64,000 nt of DNA from Escherichia phage vB_Eco_mar003J3. The stretch lies in sequence record NC_048203.1; one strand, 5' to 3'. The position numbers and the translations under genes are program-made. The number at the start of each line of letters is the position of its first letter. Position 1 is the first letter of the stretch. This document shows, piece by piece, positions 54,287 to 64,000 of this stretch. The notes under the pieces were generated by a model, which saw nothing but the letters and a program-made list of their open reading frames with translations, was not told the DNA's origin and did not search any database.

Positions 54287-56929
54287 TTACTTTTGTAACA
54301 TCAGATTAACTAGTTCTTTAAGCTCTGCGACTTCTGACTTCAGCGTTTCGATTTCCGTATTCTTTCTCTGTAACTCCTGAACGACGGTTACTACATCCGC
54401 CATGACCGCGCGGTCATTTACGTTCATTATCTCAAATTCATTACCGTCATCACCAAGAGCGGTCCCCCCAAAGTAAGTATAGGTATCGTCGATATCAGCC
54501 ATTTGCTGTGCAAGAAAACCGCGCTGACGGATTTTACTTCCGTTATAGTAAAATTCCATGACACCTATTTTAGCAATCCTTTCCGCTGCGCCATCCCTTG
54601 CAGGAGCAAAGCTATTCTTAATGCGGATATCAGATCCTTGGATGGCGACGCGCCCTTCAGGGGTGTACATCCCGTTATCTGCTCGGATCGAAAAATATTT
54701 AATATCAAGACCTGTTACGTCCATCCTTGTTACAAACTGTTGTTGTGAACCTCCTGGAGATACAAGATAGTGATATATTTTTGTTGTGTTATTTTCGACT
54801 TGGCTCAGATAGTTGACGTTATCCGCGTCCGTCGACGATCTATCCGCTTTTTTTATGACCGCCGGGCCGAAAGCGCCATCACGGCCCGAAAATACGCGCC
54901 CCCGGGCTTCACTCTCACATGACATATTGCCATCAGAGTCTATCGCCAAAATAGCCTGTTTAAGTACGCCACCGATTCTGGATACTGCTGATATGCGAGT
55001 CACCACCACTGACGACCCTTTCGTCGCAGCCACGGACATCGACGCATCGGCGATATTAACGCCGTTTTCGGATAGTCGGCTAGTCAGCCACCCGCCCGCC
55101 GTAGCCCCCGCAGGTAGAACAGTCTCCTTATGTACGACCTGCAACGTGTCCTGGATATTAGGGTTAGTCACCTTTTCCAGAACCCAGCCACGCGTCGCGG
55201 CATCCATCTCGCTAACTGGATCTGCTGCTAATGGCGTGGCACCTACTGGGCGGACGTTAAGCCAAGCAGCGGCGCGGTCTGCGAGATCGCTCAAGTTATT
55301 TGCTTTCTTGAGTACATCTGAAGAAGCTGGAACTTCTAGGGCAGTTCTAGCCTCTTCTACTGTAGAAGCTCCGGTACCACCTTTATTTATCGGGATAATA
55401 TCTTCTACAGAGGCTTCTCCAAGTCCTAAAGCTGATCTTGCAGTCTCAATAGTAGAAGCTCCGGTACCACCTTTATTTATTGGGATAATATCTTCTACAG
55501 AGGCTTCTCCAAGTCCTAAAGCTGATCTTGCAGTCTCAATAGTAGAAGCACCAGTACCTCCTTTAGCTACAGGTAAAATTCCCTCAAAACTATCTGTAGA
55601 AATGGCAATATTAACAGAACCATCTGCAGAAGGTCCAATCCCATTAACCATAGTAATATACGGAATTTGTTCCTTAATAGCACCAGCGTTTTCCTCGCCT
55701 TTTGCAGCAGCACGGAATGCTTGACCCTGCATCATATCAGGTAGACGGAAAGTAGTAGTACCATTACCAGTGGAGAAATAGAGAGTTGCACCAGCTTGCC
55801 ATTGTTCCTCAGTAACCGAAGGGATTAAGCCAGCTTCAATAGCTTCCCAAGTATCTGGGTAGTCTACACGTAGAACCTCACGACCATCAGCAGGAAGAAC
55901 ACCAGGGTACCCAACGCCTGAATCCTTATCATAAGGGAACCAAGTAACTTCACCTAACCACAGAGAAGGATTACCACCAGGAAGAGTAATCTGTATGTTA
56001 CCTACATCATCTGCACGAACGTTATTAATAGAAACTATCTTTTGCTCTGCCTCTACTAACTCTAATTCTGGAGTCTCAGCAGTTCCAGCTACTTTGTACC
56101 ACCCATATTTTGAGTCAGTTTGGTTCCATACTAGGATCTTTTCACCTAGTGCGCGACTACTAACGTCAGTATCTGCTTCTTCTTTGGTCTTGTAGACTTT
56201 GATAAAGCCAGATATATCTTCTTTATCCAGTTTGCTATCTACAATCTGAGTAGCACGATCTGCCTCAGCTTTAGCACGATCTGCCTCAGTAGTAGCATCG
56301 ATAGCTTTATCGCCAGCTTCAGTAGCAGAACCAGCAGCATTAGTTTCAGAAATCTTAGCGTTTAGTTCTGATTGCTTAGCAGCAGCAGCATGCTCACCAG
56401 CAGTTGTTGCAGCAGCATCGGCTCCTTCTTTAGCAGTTTCTGCACCAGTTTGTGCAGTTTCAGCGGCTACTTGAGCTTGTTGAGCAGCAGTTTTAGCTTG
56501 TTCGGCTAGTTCTCTACTTCTTTCAGCATTTTGAGCAGCTAACTGAGCCGCATCTTTGTGTGTGCCGGCTTCTGTAGCAGATGCAGCGGATTCTTCAGCG
56601 CTAGCCTTAGATAATCCAGCTTGTCTCTCAGATTCCGTAGCAGAAGTAGCTGCTTGAGTAGCAGAAGCTTCAGAAGAATCAGCGTAAATAGCAGCTCTAT
56701 TTTCTGAGTCTCTAGCGTTAGTTTCAGATAATTTTGCTGCAATTTCAGAATCTTTTGCAGCAGCAGCTGAAGCTGCGGATGATTCCACAGCCGCAGTCAG
56801 TTCACCCGCAGTAATAGAACTGATAGAGTTACCTAAAACTACTGTATATTTAGGATACTTACTAGCAGTAGTTGTAGTATCATCTATGTTCAGAATCTGC
56901 TGTACAATAATTTTAGTTTTAAGTGCCAT
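54287..56929 (-). CDS. ltfA: L-shaped tail fibre protein LtfA-like
   Basis: 880 aa; Ala-rich coiled N-terminus, GGTGASTIETARSALGLG repeats, tail-collar-like STGNGTTTFRLPD, C-terminal chaperone-like domain. Confidence 0.75.
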   Translation of the reverse strand: MALKTKIIVQQILNIDDTTTTASKYPKYTVVLGNSISSITAGELTAAVESSAASAAAAKDSEIAAKLSETNARDSENRAAIYADSSEASATQAATSATESERQAGLSKASAEESAASATEAGTHKDAAQLAAQNAERSRELAEQAKTAAQQAQVAAETAQTGAETAKEGADAAATTAGEHAAAAKQSELNAKISETNAAGSATEAGDKAIDATTEADRAKAEADRATQIVDSKLDKEDISGFIKVYKTKEEADTDVSSRALGEKILVWNQTDSKYGWYKVAGTAETPELELVEAEQKIVSINNVRADDVGNIQITLPGGNPSLWLGEVTWFPYDKDSGVGYPGVLPADGREVLRVDYPDTWEAIEAGLIPSVTEEQWQAGATLYFSTGNGTTTFRLPDMMQGQAFRAAAKGEENAGAIKEQIPYITMVNGIGPSADGSVNIAISTDSFEGILPVAKGGTGASTIETARSALGLGEASVEDIIPINKGGTGASTIETARSALGLGEASVEDIIPINKGGTGASTVEEARTALEVPASSDVLKKANNLSDLADRAAAWLNVRPVGATPLAADPVSEMDAATRGWVLEKVTNPNIQDTLQVVHKETVLPAGATAGGWLTSRLSENGVNIADASMSVAATKGSSVVVTRISAVSRIGGVLKQAILAIDSDGNMSCESEARGRVFSGRDGAFGPAVIKKADRSSTDADNVNYLSQVENNTTKIYHYLVSPGGSQQQFVTRMDVTGLDIKYFSIRADNGMYTPEGRVAIQGSDIRIKNSFAPARDGAAERIAKIGVMEFYYNGSKIRQRGFLAQQMADIDDTYTYFGGTALGDDGNEFEIMNVNDRAVMADVVTVVQELQRKNTEIETLKSEVAELKELVNLMLQK
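55362..55541. repeat. 90-bp tandem duplication (2 copies, 1 mismatch) inside ltfA
   Basis: 55362-55451 and 55452-55541 identical except one C/T; encodes 30-aa repeat; degenerate third copy follows. Confidence 0.8.
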
Positions 56930-57351
56930 TATTGAGTTACTCCATCGCTGATGTATACTTTACCTTCCATAATACGGAAAGAACTGACTTCAGAGCCAAT
57001 TACATCACGAGTCATTAGGATATCATAATAACCAGCAAAACGTTGTCTTGGGTTATACTTATCACGTTCTTTAGATGCTTTTTCACCAATATTAGTAACG
57101 TCTGCAACGGAAAGACTAATTGCAGCAGCACCTTGAGCAGCATCAATAACACGAGTTTTAAAGTTAGCTAGAACCTCGGCGTTCTCATCTAAACTAGACT
57201 TAATAGTTCCTCGGAGTGAATATCCGGTTAAGTTAACAGGAACTTCTGTTGGTGGATATACACTGTCATCAACATCCATAAACTGCATGATAAGACCATA
57301 AGGTACTTTCTCATCAACAACAATATCAATAACTCGGTTTTCTGTACTCAT
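56929..57351 (-). CDS. tail collar / small tail protein (T5 p132-like by size and position)
   Basis: 140 aa; lies between fibre and pb4-like gene. Confidence 0.45.
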   Translation of the reverse strand: MSTENRVIDIVVDEKVPYGLIMQFMDVDDSVYPPTEVPVNLTGYSLRGTIKSSLDENAEVLANFKTRVIDAAQGAAAISLSVADVTNIGEKASKERDKYNPRQRFAGYYDILMTRDVIGSEVSSFRIMEGKVYISDGVTQ

Positions 57352-57356
57352 TATAA

Positions 57357-59414
57357 TTACCTTATATGGATATACCCACTATTTAGGTCTATCTTCATCT
57401 TGTAGTATGCTTCAGGGTTCCCTGATAACGCAGCATTTCTATCGTAGATTATATTAACACCGATTTGTGATAAGAAGGCATTTCCTGCCACAATCTTATC
57501 CGCAGTAACAGTTCCATTAACAATCATATTGCCATGAAGAACCATTGCAGGGTTAATCCATCCAGCTCCGTTCCACTGACGGGTAAATGCTGTTTGTGGA
57601 GCATTACTGTTAAATTGTGTTAGAACATCGTATTTAACCGGAGGTTTTCCAAAGTTATTTTGAAAGAATGCGTTAGCTTGTCCATCATCCCAACCGCCTA
57701 ATCCAGGAATACCCATGGAGTACATCCCAGGACCACGCTGTCCATCATGTCCTATAGTACCTTCAGTACCACTCCATTGAACTACATCAGACCAGCTAGT
57801 ACCTTCAAGAAGTTTGTTAGTAACTGGATCAAGTGTACCTGTAGTCGCATAGATATTTTGTGTCATATCTGTACGGTTAGGTGGAGTTTTTGACCAACCA
57901 GGAGGTGGATAATCTTGTTCTAGCGGTTTGGCCGGTAAAGATGTTGCTAACTTATAAACAAATACTGTTTGCTTACCTTGTAAACCAGTTCCAATATCTA
58001 CGTCACCATTTGGTGTTCCAATCACTACACCACTAGAAATACGCAGAGTAGTACCATCATAACGTATCCATTGTGTAGCATTACCAATGTCTAACTTAGC
58101 TTTGGCAGAGGTATTATCCATACCCATCCAAATACCAGAGTTATTATCCCCCCAGGATTTACCTTGAGTGTAAATTGCTGGGTTATCTTTACCAGACAAG
58201 TTAGTCATGATAAAGTTCGCAGCATTAATATCTCTAGTAATTACTTTACCATCAACGTTAACAACACGGTTTATAGGGTCAAAAGAAATAGGTGCTTTAC
58301 CTTCTTCATCTAGCAGACCAATGTTAATAGCACCAGTAGCTGCATCAATTAGGAATGTTTGTCTCCAGATTTCCCCATCTTTCATGCTGCCTTTAATAAA
58401 GGCATAGTTAACATCAATACCCGTCTCATTGACAAAACTATTATCTAGAGGAGTATCTTCATTCAGAATAAACGTTACAGGAGCTGACTCTGTTATATCT
58501 TGTTTACTTGGTCCCCAGGCAATTGATGATACCTTAAAAGTATGTTCAACTTTCCATGGGAATGATATAATTGTTGCAGCTCTGGCAGCACCCACGTTTA
58601 TCTTTTGAGCTTTAGCCCATCCGGTTTTAGCATATTCCTCGGAGTTTATGTAAGTAACCAAGAATTCACGAACGTTAGCACCAGCACCACGTTCCCAGTC
58701 CCACTCAATTCTAACATCATATCGTTCTTTACCATCAGCAATTCGTGCAGCTTTAAAAACAATATCGATAGGTGCAGTAGGAGGAACAAAATTATAAGCT
58801 ACAGTTAGAATATTAGTGAACTCATAGTACCCAGAAGAATCAACTGTAACACCATCAGGCATAGTTACTTGACCAGATATTCTGATCTTATAATCTCCGA
58901 TAGGAACTCCACCAAATTTAATAGTAGAACCTAAAGCCCCAATATAATATTTAGTCCATGGACTGTCTTCAGTGGCTGTACTTTTTAACTCAATAGTACA
59001 GTAGCTTGCTTCACCAGTTGTTTCCACAACAACTATTGGTGCGCCCACCCCAACATCCACAGGTTCTGACTCAGATCTTGCTGCAACAATTATTGGCTTC
59101 TCTTTTGTTTTAAAGTTAGTTTCATTAGAGAGGTTAATACCAATTTTTGCATTTAAAAGTTCTGAGTCAATAATTGAGTCATAAAAAGCTCCCTGAACCT
59201 GATAGGTAGTTGAGGGAGTTAAGTTATTGATCATAACAAAGAAAGTGTCGATTCCAGTGAAATCTCTTCTATCCACTTCTTCGCCAAGTTTAAGCCAGAA
59301 TGATCTACCGATAACATCGTAGTCGGTATAGATAGAATGCTGGATATACGCCATAGTATATCCAGTCATAATACTATTTAAGACCATCTTGGCTGGTGCA
59401 TTATTCGAAATCAT
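57357..59414 (-). CDS. baseplate / central fibre protein (T5 pb4-like)
   Basis: 685 aa; beta-rich; position and size match recalled T5 order. Confidence 0.55.
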   Translation of the reverse strand: MISNNAPAKMVLNSIMTGYTMAYIQHSIYTDYDVIGRSFWLKLGEEVDRRDFTGIDTFFVMINNLTPSTTYQVQGAFYDSIIDSELLNAKIGINLSNETNFKTKEKPIIVAARSESEPVDVGVGAPIVVVETTGEASYCTIELKSTATEDSPWTKYYIGALGSTIKFGGVPIGDYKIRISGQVTMPDGVTVDSSGYYEFTNILTVAYNFVPPTAPIDIVFKAARIADGKERYDVRIEWDWERGAGANVREFLVTYINSEEYAKTGWAKAQKINVGAARAATIISFPWKVEHTFKVSSIAWGPSKQDITESAPVTFILNEDTPLDNSFVNETGIDVNYAFIKGSMKDGEIWRQTFLIDAATGAINIGLLDEEGKAPISFDPINRVVNVDGKVITRDINAANFIMTNLSGKDNPAIYTQGKSWGDNNSGIWMGMDNTSAKAKLDIGNATQWIRYDGTTLRISSGVVIGTPNGDVDIGTGLQGKQTVFVYKLATSLPAKPLEQDYPPPGWSKTPPNRTDMTQNIYATTGTLDPVTNKLLEGTSWSDVVQWSGTEGTIGHDGQRGPGMYSMGIPGLGGWDDGQANAFFQNNFGKPPVKYDVLTQFNSNAPQTAFTRQWNGAGWINPAMVLHGNMIVNGTVTADKIVAGNAFLSQIGVNIIYDRNAALSGNPEAYYKMKIDLNSGYIHIR

Positions 59415-62264
59415 TTAAATAGATGCCCAATCCACAGATTGCTCGCCATTATCACCTTCTGCTCTTATACGGAAGCGTAACTTCCTATTAATACCTAGAG
59501 CATCCTCGTTATGAAGAGCATAGTCTGCCTTATTGTATATCAGTAGATAATCGTAGACATACTGATCTTCAATTCGTACACTTCTTAATAAACGATCTAG
59601 GTTATCGTAGATTTCGAGAGTGTAGAAGATTCCATCAATGATATCTTCTTCTGGAATTCTATCCCAGGCCAACTTAACGTCTGGTCCTACAAACTCCGAT
59701 ACATCTCCTGAAGCTGTATTAGTAACTCTGAAGTTACTAACGACGCTTAAGTTTTTAGCAGAGTTAAGTTCTACTGATAGTGTTACTGGAGAACTTCGTC
59801 TACCATTAATATCTACAGCTCTAATCTCAAATACTGCTAAACCAGCAGGTTCTCCAATAATTTCTTGGATCATTCGTAGATTTGGATTAGTTTCTAATTG
59901 CTGTACGATATAAGGATCAGCATGTCCAGAGTGAACGATGGAGTAATAAACAACGTTATTAGTTAAGCTAGGAAGCCAAGATAGCTCACCATTCTTACCA
60001 ATAGATCCTACTTGTCCACCCGGTGTTGGTGTATACATAAAGTCTCTAGGAGGCAGTACGTTATTACTAACATCAGGGATATCGTTACCACTATTATCAA
60101 CCTGCTCGGAGTTAATGAATACATCCTCACCGTACTCTTGCAGTGTAATATTAATCTTACCTTCTCTAGAGTTTTCAACTTCATCAACTAGGAAGTATTT
60201 CTTGTCCCAACCATAACGACCGTATGTAAAAGCAATCGGATCGTTAGGCTCAATGCCTATGAAATGATATGGTAATGAGAATGTGAGAGTTCGTGAGTAA
60301 CGAGACTTTTTCAGTTCTCTATCTGCAAAGCTACGCGCAGTATAGTAGTTAGTGATGTTTGCAAAAGAAAGCTGAAGTTTTTTATCTAACCCTTTATCTT
60401 GCTCCTTAAATATAGAGTTAAAGAATGTAATGGAGTTAGTTTTCCAGCTTAATGCGGGATCTAGTATAGAGGCTTGTACTGAGTTGAATTTATTTCTACC
60501 AGTAGTATCTGACAATTCCAGATCACCATAGGTATCTAAGAAGTCAATCTCCAGTGGAGTATTCGAGAACTTCTCAACAGTTATTCTATACTGACCAGAT
60601 AAGTTGTTGATAGCACCTCCATAAGACTCTATTAATCCCTGCACGTTTTTAAATACTGACTCAGAGGTATCGAGAATAGTATTCATTTGAACTATTTGTC
60701 TATTCTCTCCTACAGCATCAGTCCATCCAACGTATCTCCAGTAGGGTTGCCAAGAAACCTGATAGGATTCATCAATGATATCCAGGATAGCTGCTTCTTG
60801 AATAAGTTGCTGGAGAGGGAACTGATCAATAGTGATATTAGCACCGTAGCGGTCAGAGGTTAGGTAGTCCAGAGTTTGCCAGATACCGTTTAAGCTAGTC
60901 TTATCAGCAGTTACTCTACCATCTGAATGGTAGATTTTAGTCTTCTTACCTTGAACTTCAGCACTAACTTCTGGAATTTCTGTTCTGTTTTCGTTAATAG
61001 TAAAGCGAACAATAGCATAAGCAGTATCTAACAGTTTATAACGAGAGTCCCAGTATTCCGGTCCATTCTCATTCATGTTCTGTAGATAGAAACCTTTCTC
61101 TTTTGCAATGTTAACTAGAACATCCGCAGCAGATTGGTCTGCTCTACCATGGTAAGTCCAGATACGGATATCACCATTACCATCATTATACCTATATTCC
61201 TGTCCATGAACAGAAGGTTCAGAGCTTGATTGACCAGAAGCAATACGTTGCATGGTATCTCCAGCTACTTTCTTAGTACCAAAGCAAGTACGAGACTTAC
61301 TATCATTAGGATCAATACAGATCATTGGTACATCACCAAAGTAGAAATCTAGAAATCCATCAATCTCACCCTCACAGAATGCATACACTATATATACGAT
61401 ATTAGGGTTATGCAGCTCAGTATCTGCGAATACGGGGATTCCAGGAATTTTCTGAGTTCCATACACTACCGGGAGGAACTTAGCCGCTAAGTTAAAATCG
61501 ATATCAACTTCCTTAGTCACAGTCTCATAGTATTTCTTCATGCTATAGCTTCTAGAAAGACCAAATAACTTTTTCTTAGACTGTAACTTGTAGCGTTCTT
61601 CCTGAACCTGATACTTAGCTAGAATAGAGATACTCTTATTAGCGTGGAAGAATCCATAGTCCTCTTGATATTCAGGTCGCTTAGCGCCGTTAGATGGAAC
61701 TAATTGGCCAGCAACAATCTCAAGTCCCCTATGGGCAGCATCATCTGTGAAACGTCCGTTTACTCTATCAAAGTCATAGAATTGATTTGAACAGTTCCAT
61801 GTGATAGTAGATGTGCTAATTCCAGAAGTACCAATGTTATCCTTAATACCTCCACCAGTAATTTTACCACGAAAGTAAAGTAAAGGACCATTAGTGTCTG
61901 AATCTACAGGAAGAATATTGCCTTCTTCATCAATAACCGCTTGATGGATTGAGATAGACCTATCTAGGAAGGATACACCATTTTGGACTAGTTTTAATAC
62001 TTCATCCTCAGCAGTACCTGTGATAGTAAAAGAAAGACTACCAATGGAAAGATCTCTATTTTGTTTATGTGTTGTTATAGACTTAACCTTACCGGATGTA
62101 TAAAGAATACCATTATATCTTACATCTCTAAAATAATCTGTAAGATATATGTACGCAGAACTTGATCCGGTAGAGCTTGGCAATTCAAGAGTAATAAGGC
62201 ATGCAGTTTTTATTTTATTATTGGTTCTTAGATACTCTCTTGCACTGTCAAGAATTTTCTTCAT
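59415..62264 (-). CDS. baseplate hub / tail tip protein (T5 pb3-like)
   Basis: 949 aa; size and position after distal tail protein. Confidence 0.7.
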   Translation of the reverse strand: MKKILDSAREYLRTNNKIKTACLITLELPSSTGSSSAYIYLTDYFRDVRYNGILYTSGKVKSITTHKQNRDLSIGSLSFTITGTAEDEVLKLVQNGVSFLDRSISIHQAVIDEEGNILPVDSDTNGPLLYFRGKITGGGIKDNIGTSGISTSTITWNCSNQFYDFDRVNGRFTDDAAHRGLEIVAGQLVPSNGAKRPEYQEDYGFFHANKSISILAKYQVQEERYKLQSKKKLFGLSRSYSMKKYYETVTKEVDIDFNLAAKFLPVVYGTQKIPGIPVFADTELHNPNIVYIVYAFCEGEIDGFLDFYFGDVPMICIDPNDSKSRTCFGTKKVAGDTMQRIASGQSSSEPSVHGQEYRYNDGNGDIRIWTYHGRADQSAADVLVNIAKEKGFYLQNMNENGPEYWDSRYKLLDTAYAIVRFTINENRTEIPEVSAEVQGKKTKIYHSDGRVTADKTSLNGIWQTLDYLTSDRYGANITIDQFPLQQLIQEAAILDIIDESYQVSWQPYWRYVGWTDAVGENRQIVQMNTILDTSESVFKNVQGLIESYGGAINNLSGQYRITVEKFSNTPLEIDFLDTYGDLELSDTTGRNKFNSVQASILDPALSWKTNSITFFNSIFKEQDKGLDKKLQLSFANITNYYTARSFADRELKKSRYSRTLTFSLPYHFIGIEPNDPIAFTYGRYGWDKKYFLVDEVENSREGKINITLQEYGEDVFINSEQVDNSGNDIPDVSNNVLPPRDFMYTPTPGGQVGSIGKNGELSWLPSLTNNVVYYSIVHSGHADPYIVQQLETNPNLRMIQEIIGEPAGLAVFEIRAVDINGRRSSPVTLSVELNSAKNLSVVSNFRVTNTASGDVSEFVGPDVKLAWDRIPEEDIIDGIFYTLEIYDNLDRLLRSVRIEDQYVYDYLLIYNKADYALHNEDALGINRKLRFRIRAEGDNGEQSVDWASI

Positions 62265-62875
62265 AGACTTTCCCTCAAGGAAAGTGAAATACCAGTATAT
62301 GTACCATTACTATTTAACGTAGAGCCAAAACTGTCTCCGTTCATTAATTTAGTTCTAAACAGAATACCATTAAATACCGGTTTCTCACTACCCGTAGTAG
62401 TAATGAATAGATCAGGATAAACACTTATATTCCAAGTATTTCCTGCTGTGTTGATAGAAGTGATTTTGTACACTTTTGGATGGTTGGACAATTTAAATAA
62501 ATCGCCTGGTTTAGGCAGTCCACGAAGTGTACCTTTAGTGTCCATAATAACTATTGAACCTTTTTGTCCGGCAGGAATATTTACAGCACTAGTATCACCA
62601 CGAACTCGGAAAGCTTCATATTGTGGTAATAACACATCAATATAGCTACCTGTTCTTTTATAATCTAGAATGAATGAGTCTAATTTAGCAAATTCATCTG
62701 GGAATAATTCTGGATAAGAGATATTAATACCCCAATATTGAGCAGACACCTTAACCTCCCTAACTTTACCATTAGGTAATTCATCACGAATCATAGGGTC
62801 ATTGTCTACTAAGTTAACGCTTTCAAAACCTAACCCTGATAGCTCTGGGTTCGTGTATGGGTCTGGTAGTCTCAT
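62261..62875 (-). CDS. distal tail protein (Dit, T5 pb9-like)
   Basis: 204 aa; between tape measure and hub. Confidence 0.65.
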   Translation of the reverse strand: MRLPDPYTNPELSGLGFESVNLVDNDPMIRDELPNGKVREVKVSAQYWGINISYPELFPDEFAKLDSFILDYKRTGSYIDVLLPQYEAFRVRGDTSAVNIPAGQKGSIVIMDTKGTLRGLPKPGDLFKLSNHPKVYKITSINTAGNTWNISVYPDLFITTTGSEKPVFNGILFRTKLMNGDSFGSTLNSNGTYTGISLSLRESL

Positions 62876-62983
62876 AGTTAATTTCTCCTCTTAATAACAA
62901 TATTATAATAGGATTGGAAAATTTTATCAAGAAATTTTTATTTTTCCATAAAGAAAAGGAGGACATAAAGTCCTCCTCCAGTA

Positions 62984-63999
62984 TTAAGAATTACCAAGTG
63001 ATTTCAGGGTGGTTCCATTCTCATTAAGAGCCTGTTCTACGGCATCCCTGAAAGCAGCACTGTTGCTCGAAGCAAAGTCTCGGAAGCTAGCCGCATCCAT
63101 CGTACTGATGTTCAGCACAATAGGTCTACCCGATGTACCCTTTGAAGATCCTTTGAGTTCATCAGTAGGAGTAGCCTTCATCGGAACCATAGGAGTGATT
63201 ACTTCGGTACCATGTTCACCCATCTGGTAACTAACTCCAGGATACATATTACCACCTTCTGCACGGGGTACGAAAGAGTTAGCATTACCAATCCCTTGAT
63301 CTCCTCGAATATAAGAAAGCTCACCTGCGTTAGCCGACATAGAAACGTCTACGTTCTTCTGGCGCTCTCCAAGAGTTAAGTAACCAGCTGTCTCAGCACC
63401 AGAGTCCCCAATAGAAGACATACCAGATGCAGAGGATGCTTGAGCAAGAGCCATAGCACCTGCTAAACCAGCCGCAACCATCAGAGGAATAGAGAATGGA
63501 TACGGAACAGCTGTTGCTGCCTGCATCACCGCTACTGCCGTCTGGATAATGATTTGCTTCTTAGCCGCATCTTGCTGGATCTTGAGCTTTTCAGCCTCTA
63601 ACTTCTTGATCTTAGCTTTAGATTGCTCAGATTTACCATCACGTTTCTGTTCTGCTGCAATAGCTGCATCAATAGCACTTACCTGTTGACCAACACTATA
63701 CTGAATCATTGAAGATACAGTTTGCATACCAGCCGCTACTAGAGAAGTGGTATCCAGAGATCCTTGTGAAAACTGGATCATAGCATTAGTTAGGTTACCC
63801 ATGCTTTGTGCTACAGCAGTTGCTTCGGAGTTCAGTTCAGACAGCTTAGAAATAGCCTGGTCATAGGATGCCATTCTATTCTGCATATCCATATTTGCTT
63901 TATCATCTCCTTCCAGTCCAGTTGTTGGAGTGTAAACACCACCAACAGAAGAAGTGACTTGCTGCTGCATCTGAGCATCACGTTGCATCTTAAGCTGTG
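62984..63999 (-). CDS. tail tape measure protein, C-terminal portion (5' end beyond window)
   Basis: Frame open to window edge; coiled coil then hydrophobic Gly/Ala-rich segment. Confidence 0.7.
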   Translation of the reverse strand, partial: QLKMQRDAQMQQQVTSSVGGVYTPTTGLEGDDKANMDMQNRMASYDQAISKLSELNSEATAVAQSMGNLTNAMIQFSQGSLDTTSLVAAGMQTVSSMIQYSVGQQVSAIDAAIAAEQKRDGKSEQSKAKIKKLEAEKLKIQQDAAKKQIIIQTAVAVMQAATAVPYPFSIPLMVAAGLAGAMALAQASSASGMSSIGDSGAETAGYLTLGERQKNVDVSMSANAGELSYIRGDQGIGNANSFVPRAEGGNMYPGVSYQMGEHGTEVITPMVPMKATPTDELKGSSKGTSGRPIVLNISTMDAASFRDFASSNSAAFRDAVEQALNENGTTLKSLGNS

Positions 64000-64000
64000 C

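Noticed and set aside
54813-55724. 303-aa plus-strand ORF antisense to ltfA
   Set aside because: Lies wholly inside the well-supported minus-strand fibre gene, is Ala/Pro/Ser-rich low complexity and spans the tandem repeat; an antisense artefact.
1-63999. Integrase, transposase or attachment-site signatures
   Set aside because: No ORF shows tyrosine or serine recombinase or DDE motifs; gene content indicates a strictly lytic phage. The only mobile elements apparent are homing endonuclease genes.

Overview
This window reads as a T5-like siphophage (Tequintavirus-type) genome segment; all calls are from reading the sequence and ORF track, with no database search run. Layout: (1) 1-22.7 kb, minus-strand early/accessory region with at least six tRNAs, eight HNH homing endonucleases, a PnuC-NadR NAD+ salvage pair, SPFH protein, secreted SleB-like hydrolase, DEDDh exonuclease, RNase H, HslV-like peptidase, ThyA, DHFR, NrdB, NrdA and PhoH; (2) 23-51.6 kb, plus-strand module with NrdD, a Sir2-like protein, HAD hydrolase, origin-binding helicase-like protein, split NAD+-dependent ligase, DnaB-like helicase, primase, 855-aa family A DNA polymerase, SF2 helicase, SbcD/SbcC-like nuclease pair, flap endonuclease and dUTPase; (3) 51.6-64 kb, minus-strand tail module with two L-shaped fibre genes, collar, pb4-like, pb3-like hub, pb9-like distal tail protein and the C-terminal part of the tape measure protein. 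About 24 sigma70-type promoters (most TTGCTT/TTGCTA - 17 bp - TATAAT) and about ten hairpin terminators punctuate the window. Most notable: a phage-borne PnuC + HTH-less NadR module with a Sir2-like gene elsewhere, and a second fibre gene split by a single in-frame TAG inside its tail-collar motif. No CRISPR array, integrase or transposase was seen.
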